NCBI GenBank assembly: GCA_964533615.1
Contig: CAZHMK010000008.1
Span: 56,128-120,127, forward strand
Direction: 5' to 3'
From: an uncultured Eubacteriaceae bacterium
GTDB lineage: Bacteria; Bacillota; Clostridia; Eubacteriales; UBA1433
Length of the DNA stretch: 64,000 bases
The notes under the pieces were generated by a model that worked only from the letters and a program-made list of their open reading frames with translations, was not told the DNA's origin and made no database searches. A program made the position numbers and the translations under genes. Positions 16,191 to 26,674 of the stretch are shown here, one piece after another (the first letter of the stretch is position 1; every line of letters begins with the position of its first letter).

Positions 16191-17777
16191 CTACAGCTTA
16201 TTTGCAATCTCTATGCATCCTTCGGCTGCTTTAATGCCATCGATCGCGCTGCTTACAATACCTCCCGCATATCCACTTCCTTCCCCTGCAACAAACAATC
16301 CTTTTACATTAATACTTTCACAGTTTTTATTGCGAAGCAATCGAACAGGAGAAGATGTTCTCGTTTCCGCTGCCGTGATATAAGCATTCGCACTATCAAA
16401 ACCTTTCAATTTACAGCCGAAATCTATAATAGCTCTTTTTAAAGGCTCCGTAATACTTTGCGGTAGGCAATCACGCAAATCAGCTTCTCTGATACCCGGA
16501 AGATAAGACGGCATTACTTTCCCAAATCCTTTATTGTCTGTATGTGAGAGGAAATCACCGAGACTCATTACAGGTGCATCGTAGTTAGCACCTCCTAAAA
16601 TATAAGCCTGGTTCTCAAGTTTTTTCTGAAATTCGATTCCGGCAAGCGGCATCATTGAACTAAAATCTTTTTGATCGATTGCAATAACAACGGCACTGTT
16701 TGAATTGACGGCATCTCTTTTTGAATAACTCATTCCATTAATACAAAGCATTTCCTTTTCTGTAATGCAGGCAACGACTTCTCCTCCGGGACAATTACAA
16801 AAGGTATATACACCCCTGCCCGAACTGTCCTTGTATTTTAATATATATTCAGCCGAGGGAAGAGAAGCTTTTAAATAATGCTGTTGATATGTTGCCCTGT
16901 CTATATCTCGGCGAAGATGCTCGATGCGTACCCCTACCGCAAATGGTTTTGATTCCATCGCAAGGCCTTTTACATGCATCATTTCATACACATCACGTGC
17001 GCTATGTCCGGTCGCGAGAAAAAGTGTATCTGTTTTTATTTCTAAATCTGTACATTGAACAGCCCTTACTACATTATTCTTTATTTCCACATTTTTCAGG
17101 CAAGTATTGAAATAAAATTCTGCTCCCTGACGCATAAGATCATCTGTCATATTTGTAATGACTTTTCTGAGCACATCTGTGCCTATATGCGGCCTGTGAT
17201 CATATAAAATACTTCTGGCTGCTCCATACTTTACAAATGCTTCCAGCACTTTATTCTGACGACTAGCTTTGCTCCTGCTTGTCAGCTTCCCGTCAGAGAA
17301 GGTGCCTGCTCCGCCTTCTCCGAAACATATATTACTCTCTAAATTGATAACTCTATTTTTTTGAAAATGATCTATATCCTGTATACGCTGCGTAATGCGT
17401 TTACCTCTTTCAACAATGATTGGAACAATACCATTTTCTAAAAAAGCCAGCGCACAAAATAACCCCGCAGGACCGCATCCAACAATAACCGGTCGTAGCT
17501 CTGAATTTATTTTTTTTAAGAGTTTGGTTTCTTCACGCTTTACAGGTTCATATACTTCTAAGAATCTGTTCCCGGATCTGAAGTGCTTTAAAGCAAAAGT
17601 TACTGTATAGACAGTATATATATCTTTCTCTTTATGTCTTAAATCCAGAGAACGCCGAAGGATAGCAAAATCAATAATATCCTCCTTTTTTATTTTTAAC
17701 AGATCCGCCACTTTTTGAGCAGGAGCAATATTATCATAAATACTGATTTTTAGGTCTTTAACTATATAATATTTCAT
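16191..17777 (-). CDS. Uncharacterised FAD-dependent oxidoreductase (COG2509-like)
   Basis: VGCGPAG, GEGGAGTFSDGKL, FLATGHSARD, ETRTSSPVR, GEGSGYAGGIVSSAIDG. Confidence 0.85.
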   Translation of the reverse strand: MKYYIVKDLKISIYDNIAPAQKVADLLKIKKEDIIDFAILRRSLDLRHKEKDIYTVYTVTFALKHFRSGNRFLEVYEPVKREETKLLKKINSELRPVIVGCGPAGLFCALAFLENGIVPIIVERGKRITQRIQDIDHFQKNRVINLESNICFGEGGAGTFSDGKLTSRSKASRQNKVLEAFVKYGAARSILYDHRPHIGTDVLRKVITNMTDDLMRQGAEFYFNTCLKNVEIKNNVVRAVQCTDLEIKTDTLFLATGHSARDVYEMMHVKGLAMESKPFAVGVRIEHLRRDIDRATYQQHYLKASLPSAEYILKYKDSSGRGVYTFCNCPGGEVVACITEKEMLCINGMSYSKRDAVNSNSAVVIAIDQKDFSSMMPLAGIEFQKKLENQAYILGGANYDAPVMSLGDFLSHTDNKGFGKVMPSYLPGIREADLRDCLPQSITEPLKRAIIDFGCKLKGFDSANAYITAAETRTSSPVRLLRNKNCESINVKGLFVAGEGSGYAGGIVSSAIDGIKAAEGCIEIANKL

Positions 17778-17857
17778 ATTCCTTTAAATAAATATCAGTA
17801 TGCATTTTATCTACACATACTGTATTTTTGTTTAGTATTTAAATATTGATTCGCAGT

Positions 17858-18790
17858 TTATAAAATAAGATCGACAGCAACTGTCACATTGATTTTTGGA
17901 GGATCCACAATAACGATATTTTCTTCGTCAATGTTATATTTGGCCAGTAGCGTAGTATCCTCTTTTTCCTTCCCCGTAAGGTTGACAACGACTGATATAC
18001 TCGTCAAATCTTCGTTTCTGCTAATTACAGTAACCTGATTTGGATTTGCCGCAAATGAGCTGATAGCATAACCTGATGCAGGCTTACCTTGTACCGATAC
18101 TGCAATATCCACATCCCTTTGATATCCCGTAAGAATATCAATAGTCGTCTCTTCCTCACTGAATGTGATGTCATTGACCGCTACCCCGGCTTGTGTATAT
18201 GCTGCAATGGGCTGTTTCAGCGATATATCACCGGTAATACCATTCAAATTTACGGTTGCCCCCACATTGTCAATCGTATTGATGACTCGCTGAGGGCCTG
18301 TTATCGTAACAGTGGAGACGGATGAGCTCATTGAAAACACCGCGAGCCCATTATCGAGTGACCCTGTGCCGTTTACGCTGATAGGCATATCTACTTGAAC
18401 TAAATCATCGACCGTAATCGGCACATTGGCAGGGCTGATACTGCTGAGTTCTGCACCATAAGGCAGGCCGCTTACCTTAACCGCTGCATTATATTCGCCA
18501 GCTTCATCAATATCGGAAACATCAATATAGATTTCAAAATCATCTGATTTAATCGTCCCGACCGTCAGCACCGGACCTTTTAATTTAAGGTCTACTTCTA
18601 TTTCTTCATTCAATAGAACAAGATCTTTAGAAGTGAGTGATTGCTTGCTCTGAATACTCACATTGACGTTTGACATATTGCGGGTTACAGCAGGGTTTTC
18701 TTCATTTAATGCCACCATCCAAAGCATGATGGCTATCACTAAAGAAAGGGCTATATAGAGAAGTTTATTTTTCTTTTTCTTCTTTGTCAT
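17858..18790 (-). CDS. cdaR: CdaA regulator CdaR (YbbR-repeat protein)
   Basis: N-terminal TM (IALSLVIAIMLWMVAL) then YbbR-like beta repeats; overlaps the cdaA end. Confidence 0.85.
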   Translation of the reverse strand: MTKKKKKNKLLYIALSLVIAIMLWMVALNEENPAVTRNMSNVNVSIQSKQSLTSKDLVLLNEEIEVDLKLKGPVLTVGTIKSDDFEIYIDVSDIDEAGEYNAAVKVSGLPYGAELSSISPANVPITVDDLVQVDMPISVNGTGSLDNGLAVFSMSSSVSTVTITGPQRVINTIDNVGATVNLNGITGDISLKQPIAAYTQAGVAVNDITFSEEETTIDILTGYQRDVDIAVSVQGKPASGYAISSFAANPNQVTVISRNEDLTSISVVVNLTGKEKEDTTLLAKYNIDEENIVIVDPPKINVTVAVDLIL

Positions 18791-19649
18791 TTGAACTAAA
18801 CCTCCATAAACCCTCTGAATTGATTGCACTTTCTTTCCGCGTTAATCCTTCAATTAAAAGTTCTTTTAATGAATTGGCATTTAAGAACCTTGACAGGCTC
18901 CCCTTTTCCGCAATAGAAATGGTTCCTGTTTCTTCTGATATAATAACAATCAACGCATCACTTACTTCGCTCATTCCTATTCCTGCTCTATGCCTGGTAC
19001 CAAGTTCTTTCCGCAAATTTTTTGCTTGTGTAAGCGGCAGCAGGCATCCCGCAGCCATTATCTTTGAATTTTCAATTCTTATCACTGCTGCACCATCGTG
19101 CAACGGAGTATAGGGTACAAAAATATTCATTAAAAGCTCCGAGCTTATATCTGCTTCCATTTTGACCCCAGTCGATATAATATCGTCTAAATCAGATTGC
19201 CGCTCAATAACGATAAGCGCTCCTACTTTATTTTTTGCCATCTCAACAGAAGCTTCCACAATTTCATCAATTATTTTATTCGGTGTTACATCTTTGCTTG
19301 TAAAAGAGATGATTTTCTTAACAATTTTATTTTCAGAAAATGAAGTGCTTCCTATTTTACTCAGCACTCTTCTGAGCTCAGGCTGAAATACGACAACAAG
19401 TACAATCAAACCCACTGTGAGCACATTTTTCAATATGTAAGAGAGCGTAATAAGCCCCAACCAATCACTAAGCTGCGTCAATAAAAGGATGAGCAAAATT
19501 CCTTTTGCCGCCTGTGCTGCCTGTGTACCACTGACCCAATAAATTATTTTATATGCAATATAGGCAACAATCGCTATATCAATGATATTTTGTATGCTTA
19601 TCATTGAAAATAGTTCTTTTGACACTGTCAGTAAATCTATCATATCCAT
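18765..19649 (-). CDS. cdaA: Diadenylate cyclase CdaA (DacA)
   Basis: Three N-terminal TM helices, VVFQPELRR, TPLHDGA, GTRHRAG. Confidence 0.95.
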   Translation of the reverse strand: MDMIDLLTVSKELFSMISIQNIIDIAIVAYIAYKIIYWVSGTQAAQAAKGILLILLLTQLSDWLGLITLSYILKNVLTVGLIVLVVVFQPELRRVLSKIGSTSFSENKIVKKIISFTSKDVTPNKIIDEIVEASVEMAKNKVGALIVIERQSDLDDIISTGVKMEADISSELLMNIFVPYTPLHDGAAVIRIENSKIMAAGCLLPLTQAKNLRKELGTRHRAGIGMSEVSDALIVIISEETGTISIAEKGSLSRFLNANSLKELLIEGLTRKESAINSEGLWRFSSNDKEEKEK

Positions 19650-19752
19650 CCCCGCTCATACGTTTCAAAGAGTCTCTCTTATATATGATACTATAATAAA
19701 ATTATTTAATAAAGATTATATTTTACGAATATTTTTCTTATCGTGTTTTCTT

Positions 19753-22581
19753 TTATTTTTTATTTAAGATTTTATTTAAATATTGTCCCGTGTAGCTGTT
19801 TTTTACCTTTGCAACTTCTTCGGGCGTACCTGTTGCAACAATGCCGCCACCTTTATCGCCGCCTTCGGGTCCCATATCGATAATATAATCGGCACATTTA
19901 ATCACATCTAAATTATGTTCTATGACAACAAGTGTGTTTCCACTTTCTTTTAAGCGCTGCAATACTCTTAAAAGCTTGTCAACATCCGCCGTATGCAGCC
20001 CGGTTGTAGGCTCATCCAGTAAATACAAAGTTTTTCCGGTTGGTCTTTTGCTCAGTTCATAAGCAATTTTGATTCTTTGTGCTTCTCCGCCGGAAAGCGT
20101 CGTAGAAGGCTGCCCTAGTTTTATATAGCCAAGCCCTACATCATTGAGCGTTTGCAGTTTATTTCGAATAGAAGTAATCCCTCCAAAAAAATGCAATGCT
20201 TCCTCTGCTGTCATGTCGAGCACATCAGCGATATTTTTACCTTTATATTTTACTTTAAGGGTTTCTTCATTATACCTTTTGCCTTTGCAAACTTCACATG
20301 CAACATAAACATCCGAAAGAAAATGCATCTCGATTTTTATGATACCGTCTCCGGCACAGCTTTCACACCTGCCTCCTTTAACATTAAATGAAAAACGTCC
20401 TTTGTTGAAGCCTCTCATTTTTGCTTCTTTTGTCATTGCAAACAATTCCCGAATATCATCAAAAACCCCGGTATAAGTAGCCGGATTGCTCCTTGGTGTG
20501 CGCCCGATCGGGGACTGATCGATCTCAATGACTTTATCAATATTCTCAAGACCTTCAATACGGTCATGAAGTCCGGGTTTTACATTGCTGTTATAGATGG
20601 CTTTCTTCATACCTTTATAGAGGATTTCATTGACCAATGTGCTTTTCCCGCTTCCGGAAACACCTGTTATGAGTATCATCATACCTAGAGGAAATGCTAC
20701 ATCTATCCCTTTCAGATTGTTTGCACGTGCATTGATGACTTTTAATTCTTTACCGTTTGGTTGCAGGCGTTCTTGCGGTACCGGGATTTGTTTTTTACCG
20801 CTTAAATATTGACCTGTTATTGATTTCTTGCTTGCTTTTATCTTCTCAATACTTCCCGCTGCAACAACTTCTCCACCGTGAATTCCCGCTCCCGGCCCTA
20901 TATCCACAATATAATCCGCTTCATACATTGTCTCTTCATCATGTTCAACCACAATGAGTGTATTATCTAAATTAACCAGCATGCGCAATGTATCGAGTAA
21001 TCTTCTATTATCTCTTTGATGCAGCCCAATGCTCGGTTCATCGAGTACATATAATACACCTGTGAGCCCCGAGCCTATTTGAGTTGCCAATCGTATTCTT
21101 TGGCTTTCTCCGCCGGAAAGCGTTGTCGCTGCGCGGAAAAGCGTGAGATAATCGAGCCCGACATTGATTAAAAACATTAGTCTTTCTTTGATTTCTTTTA
21201 GAATCTGCGCCGCGATAATAGCGTCTTTCTCACTCAATTTTATATGCTCAATAAACCGCAGCGCATCCGCGATCGACAGTTTTGTAAAATCAATGATATT
21301 GCACCCGCCGACCGTAACAGAAAGTGAAGCTTTTTTTAACCTGTCCCCGCCGCATGCAGGACATGGCGTATAGCTCATAAATGACTGATAATATTTTTTC
21401 ATACCCTGACTTTCTGTTTGATGATATCTTCTCTTAATAGCTGGCACAATACCCTCATATACAGGATTGAATTCTCCGGCAAAATTATCGGAAACATAAT
21501 TTATCTTCAATTTTTTACCGTCCGTGCCATGCATGATGACATGCTTTATTTCATCCCTCAATTGTTCGTACGGCATATTGATATCAAAATCATATTCTCT
21601 TGCAAGTCCTTCCAGATAATAATATGCCATACTGCCTTTTTTTGAAAAATTCCAGCCAGCAACATCGGCGGCACCCTGCGCTAAAGACAAAGACTTATTC
21701 TTGACAATCACATCTTCATCCACTTCAAATAAAACGCCGAGTCCGTAGCACGCAGGGCATGCTCCAAACGGAGAATTGAATGAAAACACCCTCGGTTCCG
21801 GCTTATCTATGCTGATATTGCAATCCGGGCAAGCATATTTTTCTGAATAAACTCTTCTTTCTTTATCTAATATATCACAGATAACAAGGCCGTCAGATAA
21901 TTTCAATGCTGTCTGTACACTGTCGGCAACACGGCTTTTGATACCCTCCTTCATTTTGAGCCTGTCTACTACAACTTCAATTGTATGCTTGATATTTTTA
22001 TCCAGCTCAGGCACTTCATTAATATCCATCATTTCCTTATCGATAATAACTCTTACAAATCCGTTTTTCTTCAAATCTTCTATAAGTTTCCTATGCTGTC
22101 CTTTTTGCGCCGTTACAACTGGAGAAAGTATATAAAAAGCCTCTCCCTCACCAAGCGTCATAATATCATTTACCATCATGTCAATGCTTTGTGAACTGAT
22201 TTCTTTACCGCATTGAGGACAATGCGCAATGCCTATCCTCGCATAAAGCAGTCTTAAATAATCATAAATTTCGGTAACAGTTCCCACTGTGGAACGCGGA
22301 TTCCGATTTGTGGTTTTCTGATCGATAGAAATAGCGGGAGAAAGCCCTTCTATGTATTCCACATCAGGCTTATTCATCTGTCCTAAAAATTGTCTGGCAT
22401 ATGCCGAAAGGCTTTCAATATAACGTCTTTGCCCTTCTGCATAGATGGTATCAAATGCAAGAGAAGTTTTGCCAGAGCCTGAAAGCCCTGTAAAAACAAT
22501 AAGCTTATTTTTTGGTATTTTCAAAGATATATTTTTTAAATTATTTTCATTTGCTGAACGTATTGTTATATATTTTCCCAT
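19753..22581 (-). CDS. uvrA: Excinuclease ABC subunit A
   Basis: Two ABC ATPase modules ([21 protein letters not shown]), Zn fingers; 942 aa. Confidence 0.98.
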   Translation of the reverse strand: MGKYITIRSANENNLKNISLKIPKNKLIVFTGLSGSGKTSLAFDTIYAEGQRRYIESLSAYARQFLGQMNKPDVEYIEGLSPAISIDQKTTNRNPRSTVGTVTEIYDYLRLLYARIGIAHCPQCGKEISSQSIDMMVNDIMTLGEGEAFYILSPVVTAQKGQHRKLIEDLKKNGFVRVIIDKEMMDINEVPELDKNIKHTIEVVVDRLKMKEGIKSRVADSVQTALKLSDGLVICDILDKERRVYSEKYACPDCNISIDKPEPRVFSFNSPFGACPACYGLGVLFEVDEDVIVKNKSLSLAQGAADVAGWNFSKKGSMAYYYLEGLAREYDFDINMPYEQLRDEIKHVIMHGTDGKKLKINYVSDNFAGEFNPVYEGIVPAIKRRYHQTESQGMKKYYQSFMSYTPCPACGGDRLKKASLSVTVGGCNIIDFTKLSIADALRFIEHIKLSEKDAIIAAQILKEIKERLMFLINVGLDYLTLFRAATTLSGGESQRIRLATQIGSGLTGVLYVLDEPSIGLHQRDNRRLLDTLRMLVNLDNTLIVVEHDEETMYEADYIVDIGPGAGIHGGEVVAAGSIEKIKASKKSITGQYLSGKKQIPVPQERLQPNGKELKVINARANNLKGIDVAFPLGMMILITGVSGSGKSTLVNEILYKGMKKAIYNSNVKPGLHDRIEGLENIDKVIEIDQSPIGRTPRSNPATYTGVFDDIRELFAMTKEAKMRGFNKGRFSFNVKGGRCESCAGDGIIKIEMHFLSDVYVACEVCKGKRYNEETLKVKYKGKNIADVLDMTAEEALHFFGGITSIRNKLQTLNDVGLGYIKLGQPSTTLSGGEAQRIKIAYELSKRPTGKTLYLLDEPTTGLHTADVDKLLRVLQRLKESGNTLVVIEHNLDVIKCADYIIDMGPEGGDKGGGIVATGTPEEVAKVKNSYTGQYLNKILNKK

Positions 22582-22717
22582 TCATTACTTCTTTCTAAGG
22601 TCTTAAAATGAATTACTGATGATATATTATATCATGATTTTTCTGTCTTTTATATTACATAATTACCCAAAAAACTTAAAATATCTTATGATGACTCAAG
22701 TAAAATTCATATTTTAA

Positions 22718-22762
22718 ATAAAGAAAAAACGGTTTTTTCTGCTCCCCGTTTTTTCTTTATTT
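22718..22762. terminator. Terminator after sleB-ypeB
   Basis: AATAAAGAAAAAACGG...CCGTTTTTTCTTTATT inverted repeat. Confidence 0.7.
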
Positions 22763-22791
22763 GTTTATATATATCTCTCTCAATTATTTTA

Positions 22792-24132
22792 CTATAATGT
22801 TAAAACACTTTCATTAGCCTCTATGATTTTTAATATTTCTTGTTGTTTTCCTGTATCTGCATTTATATAAACAATATACCATTCATCATCTTTTGTTTTG
22901 CCTTTAAATTCATAGCACAACACCTCATTTCCTCCATCCAGTGGAATAACAGCCAGTTTTTTGGATGTTATCTCCAGGCTGGAACTGACATTTTTTTGTG
23001 CTTGCTGCATGGATACATTTGCCGTCGCGATATCTCTGTCATAATGAGACATATAATACGTGCTTGCTTCAAAGCCTACAATCTCTCCGTTATCCAGTGC
23101 CACCTGCACTTTGACTAAGTCCGGATAAATGATTATATTCTCCTGTTCATATACGAAATTAAATACGGTTTTGTTCCCATACGTTTCATAATAATTTTCA
23201 CTCATATTCTTAAAGCCGTTTTTTTCCAAAAAGTCTTTGGCTTTTGCCTGTGCATCCTTTAAACTTAATTTCTGTTCGGCAATTTCTCTGTTGGATACAA
23301 TTTGCAGCACATGTCCGCCTTCTTTGCTTATTTTTATTCTATAGTAGGTTTCCTTATTGTCTTCATCTGCCTTGCTTTCAAAAATATAACAGGGAATAAT
23401 CCCGTCATCATCGGTTGTTTTTTGAAGATCTTTATCATTATCCAAGAATTCGGCTACTAATTCCTTGGCTTTTTCATCATCTATTTTTTCGTCTAAATCC
23501 ATTTTAGGCCCCTGCTCTTTGAGTCCTTCCGAAAATGGCCCGTCGTAGATTAATTTAGGATACTCCATACTGGATTTATTGATTCCGGAAAAAAGACTGT
23601 CTATTTCATTCTCCGTCTCATCACTTAAATAAAAATCATTATCCTCCCTCAAAAAGCTGATTTCTCCATTTTGGAATTTTTCCGACAGGCTTTCTACATT
23701 TTTCATAATGGTATAAACACCGTCTTTTATTTTCTGAAGATTATTCATATCTTCCTCTGAAATATCTGTGTTGGAATCTACTTTTTGAGCAACGCTGTAA
23801 CAATAATCTCCAGCTTGTGTGATGACTTCACAGCTTTCCTTAAGAGAAACGTGACTTAACGGCAAATTATTGACTGCAGTAGAACCTGAAATGCTGTATC
23901 TCCAAACATCAAGCAGCAAATTTCTCAGATAGGAATCATTGGTAGCCACAAGCGCTTTTGATAGAGATGATTCCATATTTTTCAGCGATTCCTGCAATGT
24001 GATAAAATTATCTTCATAAGTGTTTGTGACCAATGTTTTATAGCTTGTACCTTCTTCATTTGTGTTATATCCCCATATGCCAAGCACTACAAGCGCCACT
24101 GCCAGTATACCTATAACTAAATTTTTACTCAT
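22792..24132 (-). CDS. ypeB: Spore germination protein YpeB
   Basis: N-terminal anchor, YPKLIYDGPFS, IYPDLVKVQVALDNGEIVG, C-terminal PepSY-like domains; follows sleB. Confidence 0.92.
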   Translation of the reverse strand: MSKNLVIGILAVALVVLGIWGYNTNEEGTSYKTLVTNTYEDNFITLQESLKNMESSLSKALVATNDSYLRNLLLDVWRYSISGSTAVNNLPLSHVSLKESCEVITQAGDYCYSVAQKVDSNTDISEEDMNNLQKIKDGVYTIMKNVESLSEKFQNGEISFLREDNDFYLSDETENEIDSLFSGINKSSMEYPKLIYDGPFSEGLKEQGPKMDLDEKIDDEKAKELVAEFLDNDKDLQKTTDDDGIIPCYIFESKADEDNKETYYRIKISKEGGHVLQIVSNREIAEQKLSLKDAQAKAKDFLEKNGFKNMSENYYETYGNKTVFNFVYEQENIIIYPDLVKVQVALDNGEIVGFEASTYYMSHYDRDIATANVSMQQAQKNVSSSLEITSKKLAVIPLDGGNEVLCYEFKGKTKDDEWYIVYINADTGKQQEILKIIEANESVLTL

Positions 24133-24143
24133 TTTTAAACCTC

Positions 24144-24818
24144 TTATTTACAAAATACATGCTTCCCGATCGTTACAATAATCGGACGTGAACGTATCCA
24201 TTTATTTGTGGCTGTTTCAGGATTATAATAATATATTGCTCCACCTGAAGGATCCCAGCCGTTCATGGCATCTTTTGCGGCATTCAAAGCACTTTGATTT
24301 GGTGTAAGATTGATCTGTCCGTCAGATACGGCATCAAATGCTCCTTTTTGATAAATAACGCCACTGATGGAATTTGGAAAACCACTGTCTTCAACTCTGT
24401 TTAATATGACAGCTGCGATCGCCACTTGCCCTGTATATGGCTCTCCTCTTCCCTCTCCATAAATACATCTGGCAAGAAGATAGACATCATCTGAATAATT
24501 GGTACCGCCCGAAGATGTGCTTTTGCTGATAAGATCTGTAAGGCCCATAGCAGTAAGCGTTTCCTTGCCGCATTTACCATCTACGGTCAATCCGTTTTTA
24601 CTCTGAAACCAACGAACGGCTTTTTCTGTTTTAATTCCAAATATACCATCCACCGCTCCGTCATAATATCCCCAGTTTTTTAATTTTTGCTGTACTTGCT
24701 TTACCGACGCACTGTCGGAGCCATAGTAAATACTTGCCGCAAAGGCATTGGATGCAATACCGAAAACGAACGTAAATATAAGAAGACATATTATTACTAA
24801 TTTTTTATTGTTATGCAT
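24144..24818 (-). CDS. sleB: Spore cortex-lytic enzyme SleB
   Basis: Signal peptide, PG-binding domain (VDGIFGIKT, VDGKCG), Hydrolase_2 domain (IYGEGRGEPYTGQVAIAAVILNRV, GKHVFC); start set at MHNNKK. Confidence 0.93.
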   Translation of the reverse strand: MHNNKKLVIICLLIFTFVFGIASNAFAASIYYGSDSASVKQVQQKLKNWGYYDGAVDGIFGIKTEKAVRWFQSKNGLTVDGKCGKETLTAMGLTDLISKSTSSGGTNYSDDVYLLARCIYGEGRGEPYTGQVAIAAVILNRVEDSGFPNSISGVIYQKGAFDAVSDGQINLTPNQSALNAAKDAMNGWDPSGGAIYYYNPETATNKWIRSRPIIVTIGKHVFCK

Positions 24819-24962
24819 AAAATTCACCTCTCGTGATATTTTTTGCGTAACAAAGTAATAATATACATATGAAAGCAATTAATTATTTTGATTATGGGAT
24901 TCTTTGAAAATTAAATGATCATGAAGATTACTATACAGACTATCAATATCTATTTAAATCTA

Positions 24963-25826
24963 TTATCTATACGGTTCAAGATGCGCAATCAGCTGTATGC
25001 TGGCGTTTATTTCTTTTTTGATTTGTTCTTCAATTTCATGAATCAGTTTATGGGATTCTTCAACACTCATATGTGGCTCAATAAGAATATGCATATCCAC
25101 ATGTAAATCATTTTTACTGCCTCTGCTGCGTATATTATGTACATCTTTTATCTGACCATAGCTTAAAACAATTTGTTCTATTTTTTGAATATCCACGGCA
25201 GCGGCATCCAACAAAACACTGCTGTTTTCTTTAAATATTATATAGGCCGCATGAATTATAAAACCTGATACGATTAAAGAAGTAATCGGATCTATGATGG
25301 GCGGCAGGCCTAATTTTATACCTATGAGTGTTATTAAAACCCCTATAGAGACATAAATATCGCTTCGTGTATGCATAGAGTCTGAAATTAAAATTTGGCT
25401 TCCCAATTTTTTGCCTTGCTTGTATTCGCATGTACATACAAAAATATTGATGCAAAGTGTGATCATAAGCGCAATCAAACAATCTATGCCAATGTTCGGA
25501 ACAACAGGATTGATGAACCTCTCTATGGCAGTGTAAATTATTTTACCGCCTATAAGAAAGAGCATCCCCGAGATAAACAATCCTGTCAGCGTTTCGTATT
25601 TTTTGTGCCCATATGGATGGTCATCATCAATCGGCTTTGATGCCAGATGAATACCTATTAATCCAATAATATTAGATGAACCGTCAGCCAACGAGTGAAA
25701 GCCGTCTGCAGTCATACTCGTGCTGTTGCTGATAGTGCCTATGATAATTTTAAGCGCCGCTACCGCAAAATTGGCAAATAAAATAATCCATAATATTTGT
25801 TTTACTTTCTTGAAACTATCCTGCAT
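24963..25826 (-). CDS. Cation diffusion facilitator (CzcD/FieF family) metal exporter
   Basis: ADGFHSLAD (TM2), HPYGHKKYE, DSMHTRSD (TM5), C-terminal AHLEP; start set at MQDSF after GAGGGAAGG. Confidence 0.93.
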   Translation of the reverse strand: MQDSFKKVKQILWIILFANFAVAALKIIIGTISNSTSMTADGFHSLADGSSNIIGLIGIHLASKPIDDDHPYGHKKYETLTGLFISGMLFLIGGKIIYTAIERFINPVVPNIGIDCLIALMITLCINIFVCTCEYKQGKKLGSQILISDSMHTRSDIYVSIGVLITLIGIKLGLPPIIDPITSLIVSGFIIHAAYIIFKENSSVLLDAAAVDIQKIEQIVLSYGQIKDVHNIRSRGSKNDLHVDMHILIEPHMSVEESHKLIHEIEEQIKKEINASIQLIAHLEPYR

Positions 25827-25857
25827 GATACTTCCCTTCCCTCTATTTGCTTTCAGC

Positions 25858-25896
25858 AAAAAAACCATGGCACAATTATCTGAAATTGTCCCATGG
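25858..25896 (-). terminator. Riboswitch expression-platform terminator
   Basis: Minus strand CCATGG-GACAATT...AATTGT-G-CCATGG + TTTTTTT; overlaps the 3' strand of the NiCo aptamer. Confidence 0.8.
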
Positions 25897-25965
25897 ATCT
25901 AACTCCATTGCTTTGCCTCAAAGCCCGGTCTCACGTGCAAAAGCCACATATTGCCTGCTCAATTT
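25883..25965 (-). ncRNA. NiCo (czcD) riboswitch aptamer
   Basis: Minus strand AAATTGAGCAGGC...ACCGGGC...GCAA...TGGGACAATTT matches the conserved NiCo junction sequences; P1 AAATTG/CAATTT; directly upstream of a CDF gene. Confidence 0.88.
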
Positions 25966-26050
25966 CTCTATTTATACAAAAATATTTTCTGCCTGTTTTT
26001 TTATAACTGTTACAATGTTATTATACCTGATACAATTACACAAATTATAT

Positions 26051-26674
26051 TTAATTTAATAATTCTTCTATAGCGATATTTCTAAACTGTACATCATTTT
26101 CAAAAGATGAACTCACAGATATCATATATTCTTTATACCTGCTGCTGTGGACATATATATTTTCTTTTTTAATGAGATATCCAATTTTTTTTAAATCCAT
26201 CCCAATACTTGCGCCCTTATACTTAATATAGCTTTCTTTCATTGTCCAAAGCTTTGCAAACAGCTCTTCTTTATTCTCAGATCCAAGCAGCATATTTATT
26301 TCTTCATCTGAGCAAACTTTTCTTATTAAATCCTTTTTTAAAGGTTTTATTTTTTCTATATCAGCACCACATTCATCATCAGAGATGCAGCAAATGATTT
26401 TGTCTTCGGCGTGACTGATATTGAAAAATAAACTTCCTTCCTTCAGATAGGGTTTTTCATAACGTCCATATGTAAAATAAATATCTTTTGCATTCATGCC
26501 CGCTTCTTTTAATCCATATGCTAAAAGCAAAAAAGATAATACACAAATAAGCCTATCTTTTAAATGAATATATTTTTTCGCCTGCACAGCTCTCTGTGGC
26601 GGTATACTTTCTATTAAACTCAGTATCTCCTTTTTGTCAATATTTCCCAGATCATCAAAAATATAGATTATCAT
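26051..26674 (-). CDS. 4'-phosphopantetheinyl transferase (Sfp-type)
   Basis: YGRYEKPYL, FNISHA, GADIE, LWTMKESYIKYKG; ATGA overlap with the rnr stop. Confidence 0.9.
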   Translation of the reverse strand: MIIYIFDDLGNIDKKEILSLIESIPPQRAVQAKKYIHLKDRLICVLSFLLLAYGLKEAGMNAKDIYFTYGRYEKPYLKEGSLFFNISHAEDKIICCISDDECGADIEKIKPLKKDLIRKVCSDEEINMLLGSENKEELFAKLWTMKESYIKYKGASIGMDLKKIGYLIKKENIYVHSSRYKEYMISVSSSFENDVQFRNIAIEELLN

